In this document: piece by piece, positions 18,501 through 29,180 of the stretch
Position numbering within the stretch: the stretch's first letter is position 1
Layout of the letters: the number at the start of each line of letters is the position of its first letter
Assembly (NCBI GenBank): GCA_021463865.1
Contig: JAJTXY010000010.1
Span: forward strand, 85,857 to 149,856
Length of the DNA: 64,000 nt
Origin: Anaerolineae bacterium
GTDB lineage: Bacteria; Chloroflexota; Anaerolineae; Aggregatilineales; J027
Direction: 5' to 3'
Notes under the pieces: generated by a model
Databases searched by the model: none
Told to the model about the DNA's origin: nothing
What the model saw: the letters and a program-made list of their open reading frames with translations, nothing else
Program-made: the position numbers and the translations under genes

Positions 18501-19655
18501 TTAACGATCAAGTCCAAGTGATCTATTTTGACCACCGTCATATGGGCCAAAATACCGATATTGCAGCGGTGCTTGTTGCAAACTATCGAGTATTTCTTGG
18601 GTCGTCGGTATATCAAAATAACCCTCTGACAAACCCTCAGCGGCACTAAAACCCGATCCAAAAATGTTGAAGAAGTCAAACGCAAATGGATATTCTTGCA
18701 CGCGATACGACGACATACCCGCCAAATCAGCCGCCCGTTGAATTGCATCTTCTTCATAACCGATTTGGTCTACCAGTCCGCGATCTTTGGCCTCACTCGC
18801 CACCCACACCCGGCCTGTCGCCAATTGACGCACTTCATCCTCAGTCAAGGTTGACCCCGGACGACTGGCGACGGCTTGGATGAAATTGGTAAGCAAGATT
18901 TCGCTCTGGCTGAGCCAATATGCTTCTTCTTCGGGGGTCAGCGGGCGAAACATGCTGCCAAAATCTTTATTTTCACCCGTCGCAATCGTTTGGACATCAA
19001 TCCCCAAATCATCCAACAGTTCTTGGGCATTAAAAAAGGTGGAAATGACGCCAATGCTGCCGACCAGCGAACTGCGTGTGGCCCAAATTTCAGTCGCCGC
19101 GCTCGAAATGTATAAACACCCCGACGCACACATACCCTGCACCGAAATCACAATCGGTTTTTTAGCCCGCAGTTTCGCCACCTCATGCCAGATCGTATCG
19201 CTGGGGTCAACCCCACCGCCGGGGCTGTTAGCGCGGATGACAATCGCTTTGACATCGTTGCTTTCTTCCATCCACTTCAACTGCTCCTGCATATATCCAG
19301 TGGACGCGCTAAACAGGCTGTCCCCCGCAATAATCGGCCCGGTCAGGTCAATCACGCCAACCGCTGGCCCAGTCTCCTGAGTCGTGTCTAGTTGACCCGC
19401 CCATGTAGATAGCCCTACAAATGACCCTAAGCAGAGGCATACACACAAACAAATCGGGGTCGCCATCCCTGCCAATGTCGAAAGCAGCACCCATAGCGCT
19501 GTCCGATTAACAACCGAGGCTTCCCCGCGACTTTTTTGAGGCGGGGGCGATTGCACAGGTGGCTGAAAAAATGGGCCACTGGAAAAATTAGGGGGTGGTG
19601 ATTGCATAGTTCCTCGTTGGGGATCATTCGCTGGAAATGGAGGCATGTCTGACAT
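18501..19655 (-). CDS. sppA: Signal peptide peptidase SppA (S49)
   Basis: NSPGGG, CASGCLYIS, VGSIGV, ATGRVW; Pro-rich N-terminus and TM helix. Confidence 0.88.
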   Translation of the reverse strand: MSDMPPFPANDPQRGTMQSPPPNFSSGPFFQPPVQSPPPQKSRGEASVVNRTALWVLLSTLAGMATPICLCVCLCLGSFVGLSTWAGQLDTTQETGPAVGVIDLTGPIIAGDSLFSASTGYMQEQLKWMEESNDVKAIVIRANSPGGGVDPSDTIWHEVAKLRAKKPIVISVQGMCASGCLYISSAATEIWATRSSLVGSIGVISTFFNAQELLDDLGIDVQTIATGENKDFGSMFRPLTPEEEAYWLSQSEILLTNFIQAVASRPGSTLTEDEVRQLATGRVWVASEAKDRGLVDQIGYEEDAIQRAADLAGMSSYRVQEYPFAFDFFNIFGSGFSAAEGLSEGYFDIPTTQEILDSLQQAPLQYRYFGPYDGGQNRSLGLDR

Positions 19656-19677
19656 TCCGCTAATCCTCTCCTCAAAT

Positions 19678-20931
19678 TTAGCCTTTGACAATCCGCACAA
19701 AATGGCGCTTGCCATATTGCAACACGGTGGGCAAATCCGCCACGCACACAACCTCATCAAAATCCGTCACCTTATCACTGTCGCGGCGCACACCCCCACC
19801 CTGAATCTGGCGTTTGGCATCACCTTTGCTCTTGCACAAACCCGTCGCTACCAGCAAATCCACCAATGGTGTATCAGAGAGTATCGCATGTTCGGCAATA
19901 TCATCCGGTATACCACCCTCTTGCATGGCCTTGCGCGAAAACTCACGCCCCTGCAAAGCCGCTTCACGGCCATGAAAAATCGTCGTGATGTCGAGTGCCA
20001 TCCCTGCCTTGACTTCCTGCGGTTCCACCTCACCCCGATTAATCCGAACCATCATATCATCCACGTCTTCCTGACTCCATCCTAACAGGAGTTTAAAGTA
20101 CAGCGGCATGGCGAAATCGGGCAGTTTCATCAAACTGGTGTACATCTGACCGGGTTCACTCAGCAAGGCGATATGGTTGCCCTTGCTCTTGCTCATTTTT
20201 TCGATGCCATCCGTCCCCGGCAGGCTCTCTCCCATGGCGATAACCACTTGCGGTTGCACGCCAAGTTTTTGCATCAATTGACGGCCTGCCATCAAGTTGA
20301 ACAATTGGTCTTGTCCACCAACCTGTGCATCCGCCTTGAGACCGATTGGGTCATACCCCTGCATTAATGGGTAAAAGAATTCATGCAGATAAATGGGATT
20401 GCCATCTTCAAGCCGATTGCTAAACCCCTCCCGTGCCAAAAACTGCTGCACAGTAAAATGTTGGGCAAGTTTAATGACATCCAGAAAGCCGAGTTCCGCC
20501 AACCATTCGCTATTATGGCGCACTTCTGTTTTCTTGGGGTCGAGGATTTTAAAAGCCTGTTCCTTATAGGTCTGGGCATTTTCTGCCACTTTTTCCGGCG
20601 TCAGGATTTCACGCGCCTTAACATCATCCGGGTCGCCAATCAGTGAGGTAAATGACCCGATCAGGAAAATGACGTGGTGTCCAAATTCCTGAAATTGGCG
20701 GAGTTTGTGCATCGTAATCGTATGCCCAAGGTGCAGATCGGTGGTACGGGGGTCATAGCCGCAATAGACCCGTAGTGGACGCCCTTCGCGTTCAGCCTGA
20801 ATTAGGCGTTCGCGCAGTTCTTGACGCATAATTTCACGGGTATGGTCGTCCCCATAGCCCGTGTTGCTCATCAGAACATCCACTTGTTCATCTATTGACA
20901 CGCCCACTTGCGTATTCCCCGTCATTGTCAC
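19678..20931 (-). CDS. tyrS: Tyrosine--tRNA ligase
   Basis: GYDP..LHLGH, YPLMQGYD, GGQDQ, KMSKS, C-terminal S4 domain; start GTG 20931 or ATG 20925. Confidence 0.95.
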   Translation of the reverse strand: MTMTGNTQVGVSIDEQVDVLMSNTGYGDDHTREIMRQELRERLIQAEREGRPLRVYCGYDPRTTDLHLGHTITMHKLRQFQEFGHHVIFLIGSFTSLIGDPDDVKAREILTPEKVAENAQTYKEQAFKILDPKKTEVRHNSEWLAELGFLDVIKLAQHFTVQQFLAREGFSNRLEDGNPIYLHEFFYPLMQGYDPIGLKADAQVGGQDQLFNLMAGRQLMQKLGVQPQVVIAMGESLPGTDGIEKMSKSKGNHIALLSEPGQMYTSLMKLPDFAMPLYFKLLLGWSQEDVDDMMVRINRGEVEPQEVKAGMALDITTIFHGREAALQGREFSRKAMQEGGIPDDIAEHAILSDTPLVDLLVATGLCKSKGDAKRQIQGGGVRRDSDKVTDFDEVVCVADLPTVLQYGKRHFVRIVKG

Positions 20932-21006
20932 TATTTCCTCCAATTAAAAGCGGCTAATGGGGTCATTATAGCACAGCGACGGGGAGGTTTGAAAAAGCCG
21001 TATTGA

Positions 21007-21927
21007 TTAATCCTGTGGAGGCGACAAACGCTGGTAGAGTTGGGACGCGATCCGTCGTACAAAGGGATCGGAATCATCAAGCGCGATGGTACTAGCAATC
21101 AACCCTTCGGTTGGGTCAATCTGCGCGATACCCATCAGGGCATAGGCCCGAACAGCCAGCTTTGCTTTGGGCAGGAGATTCAAAAGTGGCACTAGGGCAG
21201 GCTGACCAATTTTCACCAACGCGGCAATTTCCACATCAGGACGGTTGGCATCCCCCGCCCCATCATTTCCAGCAATTCGAAAATCATGCTCATTGGCACC
21301 CAGATCAATCGGGTGGGTTTGGCAGTCTTCCACCAACGCCTGCAAAATCACCGGAATCGCCCGCGCATCGCCAATTTGCCCCAGCGCCCACACCGCCATA
21401 TGGCGAATCATATCGTGGTGCGCAACGACCAGTTGAATCAATGACTCAACCGCTTCAACCGCTTGCAATTTGCCTAAAGCAGTCACGGCCCGTACAACTA
21501 CCTGCTTATCTGGGTCATCGAGTGTATCTAGTAAGGTCGGGATCGCCTGCGGATCGCCTATCGTGCCCAACCCCTCAGCCGCCAATGCGCGTACCCGATT
21601 ATTTTCGTCACTGAGGGCTATTTGAAGTGCCTGTGATACCTGTGTACCGCCAATTGCCCCCAAGATTTTTACCGCTCCGGTACGTAGCAAATCATCATCT
21701 TCTTGTAAAGCCAAAATAAGTGCATCTGTCGCAGGTTCACCCATCATCGTGAGCGCGTTCACCGCCGCTGTCCGCAGCATCACGGCGTTGTCCGATAATG
21801 TCGCAATCAAAGGCTCAATGGCGCGGGTGTCACGGCTTTTACCCAATGCCTGAATCGCCCGCATCCGTTCCCCGATATTGGGAGCGTTCAGGTTGCTAAT
21901 TAACTGTTCCATATCCGAATCATTCAT
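21007..21927 (-). CDS. HEAT/PBS-lyase repeat protein
   Basis: Repeated VR..AA.ALG.IG...AI..L units. Confidence 0.85.
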   Translation of the reverse strand: MNDSDMEQLISNLNAPNIGERMRAIQALGKSRDTRAIEPLIATLSDNAVMLRTAAVNALTMMGEPATDALILALQEDDDLLRTGAVKILGAIGGTQVSQALQIALSDENNRVRALAAEGLGTIGDPQAIPTLLDTLDDPDKQVVVRAVTALGKLQAVEAVESLIQLVVAHHDMIRHMAVWALGQIGDARAIPVILQALVEDCQTHPIDLGANEHDFRIAGNDGAGDANRPDVEIAALVKIGQPALVPLLNLLPKAKLAVRAYALMGIAQIDPTEGLIASTIALDDSDPFVRRIASQLYQRLSPPQD

Positions 21928-22163
21928 TCCCTACAAAGCTCTACGATGCTGCATACTAATAATTGCATCTATAACTCAATTTATTATTCTCGCTGAATCT
22001 ATATAACAATGCCAGCTAAAAGTGTAAATTTTGAGAGATTGATACCAAACTAAAACGCTTTCCTAACAGCCTCCGCGCCGTCGCTATTGAGATTCAGGGG
22101 TCTGTCACCTATAATGGCAGTAACTTTCGTTTCAAACATTTTCGTTTATAGGACAGCCCTCTA

Positions 22164-24845
22164 ATGAAACAAATGACCAGCGCCGAGATTCGGGCGGCGT
22201 TTCTGGAGTTTTTTGAAGAAAATAGTCATAAAGTCGTGGCATCCTCATCCCTTGTCCCCGGCAATGACCCCACCCTACTCTTTACCAATGCCGGGATGGT
22301 GCAGTTTAAAGATGTCTTTTTGGGCATGGAAACCCGTGATTATCGCCGCGCTACCACCGCGCAAAAAGTGATGCGGGTCAGTGGCAAACACAACGACCTT
22401 GATAATGTCGGCCCTAGCCCACGCCATCATACTTTTTTTGAAATGCTGGGTAATTTTTCGTTTGGCGAATACTTCAAGCGTGAAGCCTGCCAATTTGCCT
22501 ATACGCTGGTCACGCAGGTTTACGGCCTGCCAGCGGAACGGCTCTATTACACCGTGCATCAGGACGACCAAGAAGCCTACAACATTTGGGTCAATGTGGT
22601 GGGCGTGCCTGCCGATCACGTCTGTTTAATGGGCGATAAAGACAATTTTTGGATGATGGGTGATACTGGCCCGTGTGGCTACACTTCCGAAATTCACTGG
22701 GACAAATTCCCCGAACAAGGTACTGCGTCGGCCCAAGCATCCTTTGACGCCGACGATGGTCGCTTCCTTGAGTTTTGGAATTTGGTGTTTATGCAGTTCA
22801 ACGCCCTCCCCGATGGCACGCGCGTCCCCCTGCCCAAAACAGGCGTGGATACTGGGCTTGGCCTAGAGCGCATTGTATCTATATTGCAGGGCAGGGATAA
22901 CAACTACGACACCGACTTGTTCATGCCAATTATTCGCGCCACACAAGAACTGACCGGTCACACCGACGCCGAACGCCAAGCCAATTATGTGCCCTACCGT
23001 GTTATTGCCGACCATCTACGCGCCGCCTGTTTCATGATTGCTGATGGTGTCCGCCCCGGTACACAGGGCCGTGACTATGTTTGCCGCATGGTGCTGCGTC
23101 GGGCGATGCGTTTTGGCAAAAAGCTGCCCTTCGACACACCAACCTTTTTAGCTGATTTGTCCGGTGTGGTGATTGCTAATTTTGGCGACGCCTATCCAGA
23201 ACTAAAGGAACACCGTGAGACGATTTATCGCACCATCGCCACCGAAGAAAACCGCTTCCTGCGCACAATGGATCGCGGCCTGAATGAACTAGAGGCGATG
23301 TTGGATACCCTTCCCGCTGGTGGCACACTCGACGGCGAACAGGCCTTCTATCTGCACGCCACCCTCGGCCTGCCCTTTGAGGTCACCCGCGACGTAGTGG
23401 TTGAACGTGGCTATCAAATAGATGAGGCGGGATTCAAAGCCGCGCAGGAAGAACACGCCACCGTTTCGAGCAAAGGCAGTCTATTCGGGGATATTGATGT
23501 CGCCGAAGCCTACACCCGCGCCCTCGAAAATCTGCGCCATAATGGATTCACCGAGGTCGCCCACGATTTATATGGGGCCTATACCCAAGAAGTTAATCTG
23601 GTCGCCCTCCTACAAAATGGTCAGCCGCTGGAATCCGCCGCCGTTGGGGATCGTGTCGAGGTCGTCCTAGACCGCACCCCCTTCTATGTGGAAAGCGGCG
23701 GTCAGGTCAGCGACACAGGCATCATCGAAGGCGATGGTTGGCTAATTGATATCGAAGATGTACGCCGCCCTGTGGGTGGTCTGATTATCCATATCGGCGA
23801 AGTCGTACAAGGGACGGTTCAATCAAATGTACCCTGTGTCGCCAGCATTGACGCCGAACGCCGTGTGGATATTATGCGAAATCACACCGCGACCCACCTG
23901 CTCCATGCTGCCCTTCGGAAACGACTGGGAACGCATGTTCAACAGCGTGGTTCACTCGTCGCCCCCAATCGCCTGCGTTTCGACTTCAGCCACGACGCCG
24001 CCCTGACCTTTGACGAATTAAACGATGTGCAGCGTGATGTCAATCAAGAAATCCTTGCCAATCTGCCCGTCACCGCCGTTTGGAAAACTCTAAATGAAGC
24101 GAAGGCCGAGGGCGCGATGGCCCTGTTTGGCGAAAAATATGGCGATCAGGTGCGCACCATCACCATTGGCGATGACAAGAAACGTTTTAGCTATGAACTC
24201 TGCGGTGGCAACCATGTCAACAATACTGCCGTCATCGGCTCGTTTATCATCGTCCAAGAGGGTGCGATTGCTCAAGGCATCCGTCGTGTCGAGGCGATTA
24301 CTGGGATGCAAGCCTCGATGTTCACCGCTCATCGCCTGAACACGGTCAACGAACTGGCCCACCAATTGCAAACCTCCACCGAAGCCATTACGGATCGCGT
24401 GAGCGCACTGCAAACGCAAATTAAGCAGCAGCAGCAAGAAATTACCGAGCTGCGAGATCGTCTGGCGCGGGCCGAATTTAAAGACCTGCTATCGAACATT
24501 CAGCAGTTCCACAATGTACATGTACTGGTCAGCCGTGTCAGTCCCACCACCCCCGACACCCTGCGCCACATGACCGACTGGTTCCGTGACGCGATTCCGA
24601 CCAATGGCGTCGTGGTTTTGGGTATGATTGCCGAAAATGGCAAACCGCAGTTGATTGCCGCTGTCACCAAAGATTTGACCAAACGTGTCCATGCGGGCAA
24701 CGTCATCAAAGAAATCGCTGCGATTATCGGCGGTGGCGGTGGCGGGCGTGATAATCTGGCCCAAGCAGGCGGCAAAGATGCGACCCGCTTGGATGATGCC
24801 CTTGCTCGTGCCAGTGAGTTGATTGCCGAGCTTTTGGCGAAATAA
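22164..24845 (+). CDS. alaS: Alanine--tRNA ligase
   Basis: LLFTNAGMVQFK, HHTFFEMLGNFSFG, NHTATHLLH, ELCGG, GGGGGR. Confidence 0.98.
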   Translation: MKQMTSAEIRAAFLEFFEENSHKVVASSSLVPGNDPTLLFTNAGMVQFKDVFLGMETRDYRRATTAQKVMRVSGKHNDLDNVGPSPRHHTFFEMLGNFSFGEYFKREACQFAYTLVTQVYGLPAERLYYTVHQDDQEAYNIWVNVVGVPADHVCLMGDKDNFWMMGDTGPCGYTSEIHWDKFPEQGTASAQASFDADDGRFLEFWNLVFMQFNALPDGTRVPLPKTGVDTGLGLERIVSILQGRDNNYDTDLFMPIIRATQELTGHTDAERQANYVPYRVIADHLRAACFMIADGVRPGTQGRDYVCRMVLRRAMRFGKKLPFDTPTFLADLSGVVIANFGDAYPELKEHRETIYRTIATEENRFLRTMDRGLNELEAMLDTLPAGGTLDGEQAFYLHATLGLPFEVTRDVVVERGYQIDEAGFKAAQEEHATVSSKGSLFGDIDVAEAYTRALENLRHNGFTEVAHDLYGAYTQEVNLVALLQNGQPLESAAVGDRVEVVLDRTPFYVESGGQVSDTGIIEGDGWLIDIEDVRRPVGGLIIHIGEVVQGTVQSNVPCVASIDAERRVDIMRNHTATHLLHAALRKRLGTHVQQRGSLVAPNRLRFDFSHDAALTFDELNDVQRDVNQEILANLPVTAVWKTLNEAKAEGAMALFGEKYGDQVRTITIGDDKKRFSYELCGGNHVNNTAVIGSFIIVQEGAIAQGIRRVEAITGMQASMFTAHRLNTVNELAHQLQTSTEAITDRVSALQTQIKQQQQEITELRDRLARAEFKDLLSNIQQFHNVHVLVSRVSPTTPDTLRHMTDWFRDAIPTNGVVVLGMIAENGKPQLIAAVTKDLTKRVHAGNVIKEIAAIIGGGGGGRDNLAQAGGKDATRLDDALARASELIAELLAK

Positions 24846-24909
24846 CGCAAAAATGGGACGGACACCCTGTTCGCCCCTGTGTTTTTCTAATGAGATAATG
24901 GGAGTCCGA

Positions 24910-25644
24910 TTGAAAAATCGTTGGGCCACCGAAGCATTTCTCAAATCCTACACCGAGATTTTCGCCGCCATCTATGACACCACGACTCAGGATTTAGGCG
25001 CGGTACAGGTGGCCTATTATGGCGATGCGGAGGTGGCCTCCTTCCAGATGGAATTTTTCGCGGTAGATGCCGAGCCGTCAGCGGTGCTAGATGCCATTCG
25101 CGCCTACCCCATTCAGCCCAACGAAACCTATGTCCTCAATGTGGCTCACGCTAATGAAACTCCCGATACCGCCTACGCGAATTTAGGCTATCAATATCAG
25201 CACACCTACCCCCTCTACGGCATTGAATTTCCAGCAGCATTAGACGTGCCCCCTATCGCCGTATTTGAAGTCAAGCGCCCTGCCCAAGCCATGTACGTCA
25301 ACGAAACCCACCTGCAACACGAACCCATGCCCGTGCATATCGTCGGCCATCCCGACATCCGCCAATTTTTCGCTAAAATAGAGGGGCAGGCAGTCGGCTG
25401 GATACAAGTAATCCAAACCATCCCGAAGATTGCCTATATCAACAATTTGTATACCCTGCCCGATTTTCGACGGCGTGGGGTTGCCGGGGCACTGCTCGAT
25501 CGGGTACATCAAGCCTGTGCTGCGGATGGCGTCACCTGCATTTTATTGATACCCTCTGAGATGGCAAAACATTTTTACGCCACACACGGTTATCAGCCCT
25601 TGTTATATTTCAGTGTTTGGCGCGTTCGGCGACCAGCGGAGTAA
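24910..25644 (+). CDS. GNAT family acetyltransferase
   Basis: C-terminal LYTLPDFRRRGVA..FYATHGY; probable TTG start after GGGAG. Confidence 0.8.
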   Translation: MKNRWATEAFLKSYTEIFAAIYDTTTQDLGAVQVAYYGDAEVASFQMEFFAVDAEPSAVLDAIRAYPIQPNETYVLNVAHANETPDTAYANLGYQYQHTYPLYGIEFPAALDVPPIAVFEVKRPAQAMYVNETHLQHEPMPVHIVGHPDIRQFFAKIEGQAVGWIQVIQTIPKIAYINNLYTLPDFRRRGVAGALLDRVHQACAADGVTCILLIPSEMAKHFYATHGYQPLLYFSVWRVRRPAE

Positions 25645-25649
25645 ACACG

Positions 25650-27218
25650 ATGGCGCAATCACAACAAAATCTTCCCCGCCAAAAACGAATTCAACGCATC
25701 CAGTTGGAACCCTACGATGATGTGGTATCGGTGCGTGACCGCCTGCAATTTGTCAACGCCGGACGGGTGCTGCTGGTTTTCCCGGCTAATGGCAAAATCC
25801 TGCGTCGCAAACTCGATCTTGTCTTGATTCAGCGTGAAGCCGCCCGTCGTGATTTGCGTTTGGCTCTTGTCACCAGCGACCCCGACATTGCCTCCCATGC
25901 CAAAGAATTAAATATCTCGGCCTTTTTTACGATTGAGCAGGCCCGCACGCAACGTTGGAAGCGCCCCCGCAACAAAGTATTTGTAGATCGGGATGACCGC
26001 CCCCACGCCGAACACGATCCTTATGAATTGATGCAAGTTGCCTCTCGCCTCAAACCACCGCCAAGTCAGAAAAAACAAGCCGTGCGCCGTGTTATACGTG
26101 GGGCGTTGTTTGGTGCTGCCGTGCTGCTACTGTTGTTTGGCATCTACGCCATCCTACCCAGTGCCACCGTCACCATTACCCCTGCCAGTGACCAACTAAG
26201 TGAAGTAATTGATGTGACCGCCGACCCATCCATCAATCAAGCTATTCCTGAAAGCAACCGCATCCCGGCTGAAACGCGCCAGTTCTTACAGGATGGTACA
26301 GCGACCATCGAAACTACGGGGCGTCGCACCGCCGAAAGTGAATTGGCCGAGGGCAAGGTCGTCTTTACCAATGACACAGGCTTGGCGACCTTTGTCCCGG
26401 CGGGCACAGTGGTACAAACGATTGATGCCCCACCCATCCAATTTGAGACACTGGAAGATGTGGCCCTACCCGCCCGACAAGGCGCAACCATCGAAGTCAA
26501 CATCCGCGCCCTCGAAAATTCCAACGGCCTGCGCGGGAATGTGGATATTGGCGAAATTGCACGGGTCACTGGTCCCTTAGAAGGCAGCGTTTCTGTCACC
26601 AATCCTAACCCGACCTTTGGTGCAGGTGTGCGAGAGGCCGCGTTTGTTACGCAACAAGATTATGATCGGCTTATTACGCTGGCCCGCCAACAAGTGCTGA
26701 CCAATGCCCAAGCCACTCTAAGGCTCGCTACCGATGCCGACCAATATTATGTCATTTCCGATCTCCAAATTGTGGGTGAGCCACAGCTTTTTTATAGTGC
26801 CGCTCTCAATGAGCCAGTGGATTCGGTTAGTCTGACTATGCAAGCCACCGTCGCTACAACGGTCATCAATTTAGATGAGGCCCGCTTGATCGCCAATGCC
26901 TATCTAGCTTCTTTCGTGACGCCGGGAAACGAATTGTATGAACGCGCCAGTGTTCGCGTAGGTCAAATTCAGCCTCCCGCCGACGATGGAACCATTGCCC
27001 TTACCCTGCGTGTGGAAGGCAGCACCCGTGTTGGCATTGATGCCAACGAAGTCCGAGATCGTTTGGCCGGAAAATCCGAAAACGAGGCCCGTGAGATGTT
27101 AAATCGCCAGTATCTCCTCGACCCTGACGAACCCATTGAAATCAGCACATGGCCCAGCTTTTTGAACCGCCTCCCCATTCTGCCCGTTCGTATTAGCGTC
27201 CATATTCGAGGAGGCTAA
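25650..27218 (+). CDS. Membrane-anchored baseplate J/gp47-like protein
   Basis: Cytoplasmic N-domain, TM helix, then AEGKVVFTN..VPAGTVV..FETLEDV..G..GNV..VTNP.PT.G..VTQQD pattern of baseplate J. Confidence 0.75.
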   Translation: MAQSQQNLPRQKRIQRIQLEPYDDVVSVRDRLQFVNAGRVLLVFPANGKILRRKLDLVLIQREAARRDLRLALVTSDPDIASHAKELNISAFFTIEQARTQRWKRPRNKVFVDRDDRPHAEHDPYELMQVASRLKPPPSQKKQAVRRVIRGALFGAAVLLLLFGIYAILPSATVTITPASDQLSEVIDVTADPSINQAIPESNRIPAETRQFLQDGTATIETTGRRTAESELAEGKVVFTNDTGLATFVPAGTVVQTIDAPPIQFETLEDVALPARQGATIEVNIRALENSNGLRGNVDIGEIARVTGPLEGSVSVTNPNPTFGAGVREAAFVTQQDYDRLITLARQQVLTNAQATLRLATDADQYYVISDLQIVGEPQLFYSAALNEPVDSVSLTMQATVATTVINLDEARLIANAYLASFVTPGNELYERASVRVGQIQPPADDGTIALTLRVEGSTRVGIDANEVRDRLAGKSENEAREMLNRQYLLDPDEPIEISTWPSFLNRLPILPVRISVHIRGG

Positions 27219-27219
27219 A

Positions 27220-27684
27220 ATGGAGAATTTCCCCGGTAAGCTACTTGGTATAGATCACGGGGCAAAAATCATCGGTTTTGCAACCTGTGACCGTATCGGC
27301 CTGATTGCGACCCCCCTCGCCATCCACCATCGCTCCTCCAAACGGGAGGATTTTGCCTTCATCAACACTCTTATCGAAAAATACGAGGTCGCCGCGTTGA
27401 TTGTCGGGATGCCCCCCCGCCCCCCTGATTTTGAAGGCCATAGCCAATCCGACACCGTGCGCCTCTGGGGTCAGCGTTTAGCGGGGGCGGTCTCAATTCC
27501 GGTCTATTTTTGGGATGAAGGGCTAACCAGTGTGGATGCTGAGGCATTATTGCGTGACACTGATCAAGACGTACCCGAACGTATTGATGCCCATGCCGCC
27601 GCCGTCATGCTGCAATCCTTTTTGGACGCCCTGCGTGATAGCGGGGTTGATTGGCCCGAACAAGTAGAGGCTATCGAGGAATAA
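27220..27684 (+). CDS. yqgF: YqgF/RuvX RNase H-like protein
   Basis: LLGIDHG..IG, IVGMP, WDEGLTS, IDAHAAAVMLQ. Confidence 0.9.
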   Translation: MENFPGKLLGIDHGAKIIGFATCDRIGLIATPLAIHHRSSKREDFAFINTLIEKYEVAALIVGMPPRPPDFEGHSQSDTVRLWGQRLAGAVSIPVYFWDEGLTSVDAEALLRDTDQDVPERIDAHAAAVMLQSFLDALRDSGVDWPEQVEAIEE

Positions 27685-28001
27685 TCAGATTTTCCAAATT
27701 CAGCATTTTTTTGGGGGGGGTTACTTTCTTGATCCCACCCATGCTATTACCACAAATCTACTCTTCTAACGGTCATATATAACCACCACCCATATCAAGT
27801 ACCATCGCTTGACAAGTGCATACCGTTTCATCGCCAGCACTTACCCTCTGATCTGTTTCAAAATTAATATATTTATCAACCGTCTCATAACCACCTCACA
27901 CCCCACCCCAACACCGCCCGATTTCCGCCCATCACCAAGCGCCCCCACCTGTGTTATCCTAGCAGTTGGAAATTCGACACCTTTGAAAGAGACCGCAACC
28001 G

Positions 28002-29177
28002 ATGTACGAACAACAACCCTATTCGGATCCGCTGCAAGAACCGCATGGCGTCAGCGTCCGAACCCTCGGCAACATCCTCCGCGCCATCCTAATTCCCGGC
28101 TGCTTGGGGTTTATTTTATTATGTATCGTAGTCAGCTTCTTCGTAGTCATCACCACCCCCAAAGGCTACAACCCCATTGAAGGCATGGCAATCCGGCTTT
28201 ATTTGGTGCGAAACCGTGATGAATTAAACTCGCCCATTGGCACCGACCCCACCCTGAAACGCTTTGAGGTGCGCGAAGGTGAAAGTGCCAACGATATCGG
28301 CATTAATCTGGTGACGGCGGGTTTCATTCGCAACGGCTCATTATTCGCTCGTTATGCGCGGTTTCAGGGCATGGATGACGATTTGCGCCCCGGTGTGTTT
28401 TTCATCAGCGAAACCATGACCTACGACAAGATTTTGGAGGTTTTGACCGACCCCACCCCGACTACGGCACGCTTCTTGGTACGCGAAAATATGCGGATGG
28501 AAGAGATCGCCGCCCAAATTGATGCCACCCCTCTGTTGAGTTTCACGGGTGCTGAATTTTTAGCTGTCGTCGGGCCGAGCGCCATCCTGCCGAACGACTT
28601 CCGCGCACGTTACGGCATCCCATCCAACGCCTCTCTCGAAGGGTTTTTGTACCCGGCCACCTATGAATTAACCGCCGCCGACACTGCCGTCAGTTTCCGC
28701 GACCAGATGTTAACAGCCTTCGATACCTACGTGACCCAAGATTTGCGGGATGCAGCGGCCTTGCAGGGTAAAACCATGTTTGAGATTGTGACGCTGGCGT
28801 CCATCATCGAGCGCGAAGCCGTTTTAGCCTCCGAGCGCCCCACTATCGCCTCGGTCTATCTCAATCGTCTGAACATCGGGCAAAAATTAGATGCTGACCC
28901 TACCGTGCAATATCAACTCGCCAACAATCGCCGAGATGGGGTGTGGTGGCCCTTAATCACCGCTGATGATTATGTGTCCGCCGTTGGGCCATACAACACT
29001 TATCTGAATGTCGGATTACCGCCGGGACCAATCGTCAACCCCAGTCTTTCTTCCATCCGTGCCGTCATTTATCCCGCGACGACGACCTATTTCTATTTCC
29101 GCGCCGCCTGTAATGGAGATGGTTCGCATCAATTCTCGACCACCTTTGAGGAACATGCCGCCAAAGGCTGCCCATAA
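28002..29177 (+). CDS. mltG: Endolytic transglycosylase MltG
   Basis: LEGFLYPATY, LASIIEREA, LDADPTVQY, YNTY..GLPPGPI. Confidence 0.92.
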   Translation: MYEQQPYSDPLQEPHGVSVRTLGNILRAILIPGCLGFILLCIVVSFFVVITTPKGYNPIEGMAIRLYLVRNRDELNSPIGTDPTLKRFEVREGESANDIGINLVTAGFIRNGSLFARYARFQGMDDDLRPGVFFISETMTYDKILEVLTDPTPTTARFLVRENMRMEEIAAQIDATPLLSFTGAEFLAVVGPSAILPNDFRARYGIPSNASLEGFLYPATYELTAADTAVSFRDQMLTAFDTYVTQDLRDAAALQGKTMFEIVTLASIIEREAVLASERPTIASVYLNRLNIGQKLDADPTVQYQLANNRRDGVWWPLITADDYVSAVGPYNTYLNVGLPPGPIVNPSLSSIRAVIYPATTTYFYFRAACNGDGSHQFSTTFEEHAAKGCP

Positions 29178-29180
29178 GAT

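Noticed and set aside
21928-22163. Possible T-box leader for alaS (also checked upstream of tyrS)
   Set aside because: No T-box consensus or terminator/antiterminator seen; the tyrS leader is too short
25650-27218. Prophage or contractile injection system
   Set aside because: No sheath, tube, spike, integrase or other phage genes in the window
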